From Mantamonas sphyraenae STR306 (lineage: Eukaryota > Protista > CRuMs): 64,000 nt of DNA. Where the stretch lies: positions 228,483-292,482 of the forward strand of contig JAPMXV010000010.1 of NCBI GenBank assembly GCA_026936335.1, read 5' to 3'. Shown here one piece after another: positions 58,092-64,000 of this stretch. A program made the position numbers and the translations under genes. Under the pieces are notes generated by a model, which had not been told where the DNA came from, ran no database searches, and was given only the letters and a program-made list of their open reading frames with translations. Positions within the stretch are counted from its first letter, which is position 1. Each line of letters opens with the position of its first letter.

Positions 58092-58920
58092 TCAAGCTCT
58101 GCATGTGCACAAGAAGTTGCCACCTCGCTTTTGGCGACAAACACAACGACGGTTCCGGGGAAACTTGATCCTTCTGGATCTGGGGCTGCCGCACGAGCAG
58201 GTGAACGTGCCATGTCGTTGTTGACGGCATGTGCAACCACGTCGGTGCATGTGTTTCCTGGCATCGCGCGTACGCTTAGCATGTGCCTTCTTGGCTGCCA
58301 GACGCTTAGCATGTGCCTTCTTGGCTGCCAGGCGCTTAGCATGTGCCTTCTTGGCTGCCAGGCGCTTAGCATGTGCCTTCTTGGCTGCCAGGCGCTTAGC
58401 ATGTGCCTTCTTGGCTGCCAGGCGCTTAGCATGTGCCTTCTTGGCTGCCAGGCGCTTGGCATGTGCCTTTTTGGCTGCCAGGCGCTTAGCATGTGCCTTC
58501 TTGGCTGCCAGGCGCTTGGCATGTGCCTTTTTGGCTGCCAGGCGCTTAGCATGTGCCTTCTTGGCTGCCAGGCGCTTGGCATGTGCCTTCTTGGCTGCCA
58601 GGCGCTTAGCATGTGCCTTCTTGGCTGCCAGACGCTTGTCATGTGCACTTCTGGCGGCAATCTTGGCAGCCTTGGCCTTGTCCTCGGCACGCAACTGATC
58701 ATCACGAGCGATCTGGGCAAACTTGGCAGCCTGCTTTTTGAGGGCTGCCTTGAGCTTGGTCTCGGCCGCTTTGCGTGTGGCTGCATCCTTGGCCTTCTGC
58801 GCTGCCTGCTGGAGTGCAAATCGCCTCTTTTGCTCAGCAATGGCCTTTGCCTTTGCCTGTGCCTTTGCCTCCGCCTGGCGCTTTTTCAGGAACGCCTCCT
58901 GCTTCTTCTTCAAGGCCAAT
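58092..58920 (-). pseudogene. 3' fragment of a Lys/Ala-rich repeat protein with Cys-rich tail
   Basis: (LAAKKAHAKR)12 followed by two CxC-x8-CxC units and a stop. No convincing start; the 5' end abuts the HECT fragment. Confidence 0.5.
58272..58631. repeat. 30-bp minisatellite, 12 copies
   Basis: Unit RCGCTTRGCATGTGCCTTYTTGGCTGCCAG directly visible, head to tail, plus a degenerate 13th copy. Confidence 0.97.
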
Positions 58921-58929
58921 CTTTCCTGG

Positions 58930-59694
58930 ACACGCCAGAACATGACGATGGAGCTTGCGATGTCGCCTGTGTTCTGGAAGACGCTGGTGCAGTTTCAGGT
59001 GACGCGTGCGGATCTGGTGGCCATGGACACGATGTGCGTGCACTGCAACGACGCCATCGTGGACATTGACAAGAAGGGCGTGACGTCGGAGATGTTTGGC
59101 GACGTGATTGACGAGACATTCACGACGTATCTGACGGACGGTACGGAGGTGGAGCTTGTGGAGGGTGGCAAGCACAAGAAGGTGACGTTTGAGAACCGCC
59201 ACGAGTACGTGCGCCTTGTGGAGCAGGCTCGTCTGAACGAGTTTGACACGCAGGTGGGCTGGATCCGCGAGGGTCTGGCGTGCATGGTGCCGGTGCGCCT
59301 GTTTTCGCTGTTTACGTGGCAGGACCTCCAGCTGCGCATGTGCGGTGTTGCCGGCGTACCAGTGGAGCTGCTGAAGAAGCACACGTACTACAGCGGGTAC
59401 ACGAAGGACAGCGAGACGGTGAAGATGTTCTGGGAGTGCATGGAGAACTACACGCCGGAGGAGATGCAGCTGTTCCTGCGCTTTGTGTGGGGCCGATCGC
59501 GTCTGCCGTTGGGCGAGGACGCGAGGTACACATTTACGCTGAGCACGGCGTACCGCAACACCGAGACTGCTCTGCCCGAGTCGCACACGTGCTCGTTCCA
59601 GCTGGATCTGCCGAGCTCGTACGGCACCACCGAGGTGATGTCGCAGCGTCTGGCGTACGCATTCTACAACTGCGCGGATGTGGACAACGACTAA
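58930..59694 (+). pseudogene. C-terminal part of a HECT E3 ubiquitin ligase (5'-truncated)
   Basis: PVFWKTL..ADLVAMD, VELVEGG..VTFENRHEY, FLRFVWGRSRLP and LPESHTCSFQLDLP (catalytic Cys 59590-59592). The start of the N-lobe is absent. Confidence 0.85.
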
Positions 59695-59936
59695 AGCAGT
59701 CGTGTTGTCGAGTGACGTGATGGCAATGGGTTCAAAGTGCTTGCTTTGCGACTTGCATGCCGACATGCTGCGGGCGCGGGTTTGTGGGGAGCGAATGCCG
59801 GGTCGGGTGTGTCGGGTTTTGGTTTGCAAGGGAGTGGGTGCGTGAGGAATGTGAATGGAAGGGCCTTTTTGCCGACGAGGGGGATGGTTGGGGAGTTGGT
59901 GAGGAGGGGAGGAGTGGTTGAGTGGGGAGAAATGGT

Positions 59937-62900
59937 TCATTCGAGGCGTTGGCGTTTGGAGGAGGAGGAGGAGGAGGAGGAGGAGGAGGAGGAGGAGGAG
60001 GAGGAGGAGGAGGAGGAGGAGGAAGGTTCTTTGCGCTTGGGGAGGGTGAAGGAGGGGATGGGGTAGGCGTTGACGAGTGCGATGGTGGTGGGGCGGGTGG
60101 TGATGTGGGGTGTGATGCGGTCGATGAGGGTGTGGAGGAGGGTGTGCAGTGTGGCGTCGCTGGGTTGGGGGTTGTCCAACCAGGCGATCATGAGGGAGAG
60201 GGCGGTGACGCCACGGGTGAGCGTTTTGCGGATGGCCTGTTGCACCTGCCGGTAGGTGAGGTGTGGCCTGAGGAGGCGGACAAAGAAGGCCAGGTCGACA
60301 GGCGGCACGCCAACGTTGCCCAGCGCCAGGATGATGTGTCGCACCAGGGACGGCAAGCTGCCGTTGTTGATCAGCTCATGCAGTGCCTGGTGCTCGTGTG
60401 TGTGCTGATGGCGAGGGTACTTGGCAACGCGTGCCTTCATGTGTGTCAGCAGCGTCTGGAACTCACGCGCCGTGCAGCTGCCTCGCTCGTCGCTGGGATT
60501 GGCTCTGCTCCAACCTCTGCGCACAGACTCAGGATGCCACTTTTCCACCTCCGTGGTGGTGAGGTGGTGGTCGTAGTCGCATTGTGTCCAGTGTGGGTCG
60601 CTGTCGTCGTCAGCAGGGCGTCGTGCTTTCTGCAGCCACAGCTGGGTCTGCTCGTGCTGCTTCCAAGTGGTGGGATGGGCTCTGTCGCCGAGAGTGTCCA
60701 TCTCTGTCATGAGCAGGTGGAGGAGGGCGTAGATGGGGTCGCCGTAGTCGTGTGGCTCCTCCAGCCAGCACACCTTCAACCCACCCTCTGTCACACCCAT
60801 GGCCAGACCAGCGTGGAGGATAGCATGTCTGCACGCTTTTTGATCCACGTCACGGCCGAGAAGGGTGAGGCAGAAGGCCATGTCGCCCTGGGAGAGGGGA
60901 ATTTTGCCCAGAGCGAGCAGAATCTGTCGGACCAGCGTGGTCAGGGTGCCATGGCAGACCACAACACGCGCTTGTAGGGTCATGAGGTCGGGGATGTCGT
61001 CGATGGGATGACCGTTGGCCAGGGTGTGCATGTGGTTCAGCAGTGCCGTGTGCTCCTTCTTGTTGCTGTGGCTGCGCTCGCTCTTGCGCCAGGACGTCCA
61101 GCCACTGCGCACAACGCCATCTGGCAGTCCATCCTCCACGGCCATCTTCTCCTCCTTTGTGGGCTCAGGCAGAACGAGCTCGGGGATGTCGAGGGCATTG
61201 ACGGCGTCGAACGTGGTGGGCCTGGTGGTGATGTGGGGTGTGATGCGGTCGATGAGGGTGTGGAGGAGGGTGTGCAGTGTGGCGTCGCTGGGTTTGGGGT
61301 TGTCGAGCCAGGCGATCTTGAGGGAGAGGGAGGTGACGCCGCGGGTGAGGGTGTAGCTGATGGCATGTTGCACCTGCTGGTAGGTGAGGTGTGGCCTGAG
61401 GAGGCGGACAAAGAAGGCCAGGTCGACAGGCGGCACGCCAACGTTGCCCAGCGCCAGGATGACGTGTCGCACCAGGGAATGCAGGTTGCCATTGTTGGTC
61501 AGTTCACGCAGTGCATTGTTCTCGTGTGAGTGCTGATGGCGAGGGTGCTTGGCTGCGCGTGCCTTCATGTGTGCCAGCAGCCTTTGGAACTCCCGCGCCG
61601 AGCAGCTGCCACGTTCGTCGCTGGGATTGTGCGCTGCCCAGCCACTGCGGACAGACTCAGGATGCCACTTGTCCACCTTGGTGGTGGTGAGGTGGTGGTC
61701 GTAGTCGCATTGTGACCAGTGTGGGTCGCTGTCGTTGTCAGCTGGGCGTCGTGCTTCCTGCAGCCACTGCTGGGTCTGCTCGTGCTCCTTCCAGGTGGTG
61801 GGATGAGGCGTGTTGCCAATATTGTCCATCTCTGTCATGAGCAGGTGGAGGAGGGCGTAGTTGGGGTCGCCGTAGTCGTGTGGCTCCTCCAGCCAGCACA
61901 CCTTCAACCCAGCCTTTGTCACACCCATGGGCAGACCAGCGTTGAGGATGGCAAGGCTGCACCCACGTTGATCCATGTCATGGCCGAGAAGGGTGAGGCA
62001 GAAGGCCATGTCGCCCTGGGAGAGGGGAATTTTGCCCAGAGCGAGCTGAATCTGTCGGACAAGCGTGGTCAGGGTGCCATGGCAGACCACAACACGCGCC
62101 TGCAGGGTCATGAGGTCGGGGATGTCGTCGAAAGGATGCTCGTAGGCCAGAGTGTGCATGTGGTTCAGCAGTGCCGTGTGCTCCTTCTTGTTGCTGTGGC
62201 TGCGGTCGTCGCTGTGTCCCAATTTCCACCCTTTGCGCTCAACACCATCTGGCAACTTGTTCGTCTTGTTCACGCCTGCTTTTTTCCGTGTGCCCGTGTC
62301 TCCGTTCTTGGCCCTCCTTGCCAGTGTGCTCGACGTTCCTGTCTCGGTGCCACTGCCAGCCATGACCCTGCGCCTGCGCTGTCCGCTGCCTTTGGTTAGT
62401 TGCGGATCAGTACGACACTGGCCTCTGCGTCGTTGTGTGCGGCCTCGACTTGTGCGTCTCGGCTGCCACTCGTCCGAGTCCTCCTGCTCCATGTCGTCTA
62501 AGTCGTCGTCGCTGTCGTCCTGCGGTATGTACTCCTCATCCATGGCATCAGCAGTGTCTGTATTGGTGATTGAGCCCTGAGTTTCCAACTCGTCGTCCAC
62601 GTGCTGCTGGGTTGCGTCCTTTGCCTCGCCGTCTTCTTCGTACGCCTCCATCCATGAACTGGTCATCCACACTGAGTTGCTGGAGATTGACCATGGTTCA
62701 CGGTGGCCAAAGTTCAGAAACATCAGGTCCTCCACATCGCCGGTGTCATGTGTGTGTGTGTCCTGGGCTGCGTCGTCGTCGTCGCTGTCTCCAGTCTGCC
62801 GTGTGGCCTGGTGGGAGGAGGACGACGATGTGGTGGTGGATGTGGTGCGTGTGATGCCGACAAAGGCAGGGCTGATGCGTTTGGGGACGCCGTTGTGGTT

Positions 62901-63554
62901 TGTGTTGGGTTGAGTAGGCGGAGGCTGCAACGGAGGCTGAGAGAAGTGCATCTGGGCCGTTTGTCGCGGCTGGGGAGGCGGCGGAGGAGGGTAGGCGTAG
63001 TATGGGTGACTCTGATGAGCATATGCATGGTGTTGCTGAGAGTGGGTGTTGACAGGGACCCAGATGATGGGTGGTTGTGGGTGCTGGTACGGGTTTTGTA
63101 CGCCTTGGGCGGGCAGCATGTTCGGAAACGGCTGGGCAGCCATGGGAGGGACCATGTACGCGTAGCTGTGTGGGGAGACGGGGACGGTGGCAATGCGGGG
63201 TGGGGACGGTGAGCGGAAGGCGGAATGGACGCTGTCAGAGCAGAAGCGGGGGTGAAGGAAGGCTGGAACGAGCAGAGAGGGAAAAGATGGAAGGAGGGAG
63301 GCAGACCAGGAAACTGGCAACGGAGAGGGCAGTGACAGGGGAGAGGGGATCGGAGAAGAGCGGAGAAGACAGCAGCGGTGGTGATGGGGAAGTGGAGATG
63401 CAGGGGAGGAGTGTAGATAAGCGACGGAGACATGGAGGAGGTAAGGAAGCGGGAGAAGCGGGCAGTCAGAAAACGGAGTGGAAGGCAGAACGCACGCTGG
63501 GTAGTTGTTGGGCGTGTGTTGTTGCTTCGGAGTGCTTGAGTAGTCTTTGTCCAT
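59937..63554 (-). CDS. Telomere-adjacent orphan protein with internal 376-aa duplication
   Basis: ATG at 63554, probable phase-2 intron 63166-63495, Pro/Gln-rich and acidic N-terminus, two copies offset by 1128 nt, basic C-terminus. Confidence 0.7.
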   Translation of the reverse strand: MDKDYSSTPKQQHTPNNYPACVLPSTPFSDCPLLPLPYLLHVSVAYLHSSPASPLPHHHRCCLLRSSPIPSPLSLPSPLPVSWSASLLPSFPSLLVPAFLHPRFCSDSVHSAFRSPSPPRIATVPVSPHSYAYMVPPMAAQPFPNMLPAQGVQNPYQHPQPPIIWVPVNTHSQQHHAYAHQSHPYYAYPPPPPPQPRQTAQMHFSQPPLQPPPTQPNTNHNGVPKRISPAFVGITRTTSTTTSSSSSHQATRQTGDSDDDDAAQDTHTHDTGDVEDLMFLNFGHREPWSISSNSVWMTSSWMEAYEEDGEAKDATQQHVDDELETQGSITNTDTADAMDEEYIPQDDSDDDLDDMEQEDSDEWQPRRTSRGRTQRRRGQCRTDPQLTKGSGQRRRRVMAGSGTETGTSSTLARRAKNGDTGTRKKAGVNKTNKLPDGVERKGWKLGHSDDRSHSNKKEHTALLNHMHTLAYEHPFDDIPDLMTLQARVVVCHGTLTTLVRQIQLALGKIPLSQGDMAFCLTLLGHDMDQRGCSLAILNAGLPMGVTKAGLKVCWLEEPHDYGDPNYALLHLLMTEMDNIGNTPHPTTWKEHEQTQQWLQEARRPADNDSDPHWSQCDYDHHLTTTKVDKWHPESVRSGWAAHNPSDERGSCSAREFQRLLAHMKARAAKHPRHQHSHENNALRELTNNGNLHSLVRHVILALGNVGVPPVDLAFFVRLLRPHLTYQQVQHAISYTLTRGVTSLSLKIAWLDNPKPSDATLHTLLHTLIDRITPHITTRPTTFDAVNALDIPELVLPEPTKEEKMAVEDGLPDGVVRSGWTSWRKSERSHSNKKEHTALLNHMHTLANGHPIDDIPDLMTLQARVVVCHGTLTTLVRQILLALGKIPLSQGDMAFCLTLLGRDVDQKACRHAILHAGLAMGVTEGGLKVCWLEEPHDYGDPIYALLHLLMTEMDTLGDRAHPTTWKQHEQTQLWLQKARRPADDDSDPHWTQCDYDHHLTTTEVEKWHPESVRRGWSRANPSDERGSCTAREFQTLLTHMKARVAKYPRHQHTHEHQALHELINNGSLPSLVRHIILALGNVGVPPVDLAFFVRLLRPHLTYRQVQQAIRKTLTRGVTALSLMIAWLDNPQPSDATLHTLLHTLIDRITPHITTRPTTIALVNAYPIPSFTLPKRKEPSSSSSSSSSSSSSSSSSSSSSSKRQRLE
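59958..60023. repeat. (GGA)22 microsatellite encoding poly-Ser
   Basis: Directly visible. Confidence 0.95.
60040..62258. repeat. Tandem direct duplication, about 1128-bp unit x2
   Basis: For example GGTCGACAGGCGGCACGCCAACGTTGCCCAGCGCCAGGATGA occurs at 60293 and 61421. Confidence 0.93.
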
Positions 63555-63820
63555 GGTGGTGGTGGTGGTACTGGAGTGTATGTGGATTGTGTTGGACAGG
63601 TGGAGGGTGTGGTGGGTGTTGGTGATACTTTGGTTGAAGGCGGATGGGCAGTGCTGACTGCGCGGCGTTGCAAGACGACGGCCACTCATCAGCGACATTT
63701 CCACTCCCACCCATTACCCACCGCCCCATGTCACCACACAACTCAGCCACCCTGCCAGCTAACACGAGCACAACTCACCCGACCTAGACCAGACACACCA
63801 CATCAACGATAGACGACATA

Positions 63821-64000
63821 TAGGGTTAGGGTTAGGGTTAGGGTTAGGGTTAGGGTTAGGGTTAGGGTTAGGGTTAGGGTTAGGGTTAGGGTTAGGGTTA
63901 GGGTTAGGGTTAGGGTTAGGGTTAGGGTTAGGGTTAGGGTTAGGGTTAGGGTTAGGTTAGGGTTAGGGTTAGGGTTAGGGTTAGGGTTAGGGTTAGGGTT
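63821..64000 (+). repeat. Telomeric (TTAGGG)n array
   Basis: About 30 units running to the window end, G-rich strand 5'->3' toward the end. Confidence 0.99.

Noticed and set aside
58272-58631. 30-bp repeats as a CRISPR array for the RuvC nuclease
   Set aside because: The units are contiguous with no unique spacers, encode a peptide repeat and lie 50 kb away.
63950-63980. Variant telomere units TTAGG and TTAGGGG
   Set aside because: Isolated one-base G-run differences are indistinguishable from read error.

Overview
Right-hand end of a compact, GC-rich, intron-containing eukaryotic chromosome, probably from a flagellated aerobic protist (CFAP20, CFAP65, an NDUFA11-like gene, INTS4). The window ends in a (TTAGGG)n telomere at 63821-64000. 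Most of it is tightly packed housekeeping genes: RRP12, a kelch protein, a DegT-type aminotransferase, PHAF1, two C2-TM paralogs, iPGM, nucleoredoxin, DIS3, CFAP65, CFAP20, SAC1, PP2C, a CBS protein, MOCOS, INTS4, MLYCD, PAP2, GNAT and ankyrin. The standout is a giant (about 1,800-1,940 aa) uninterrupted Fanzor1-type (TnpB/Cas12-related) RNA-guided nuclease gene on the minus strand at 2682-8198. It keeps the RuvC D/E/D triad and C4 zinc finger, probably has a spliced upstream exon, and carries an unexplained ~830 aa N-terminal extension. Just downstream lies a multi-branched inverted-repeat structure (2522-2615) that is a candidate omegaRNA scaffold. Other oddities are a CH-CH + degenerate adenylation + AIR9-like fusion protein, a strand-skew switch near 32 kb, a subtelomeric mosaic of truncated genes, and a telomere-adjacent orphan protein built from an (AB)2 higher-order repeat. 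All assignments come from motif recognition by eye; no searches or folding programs were run.
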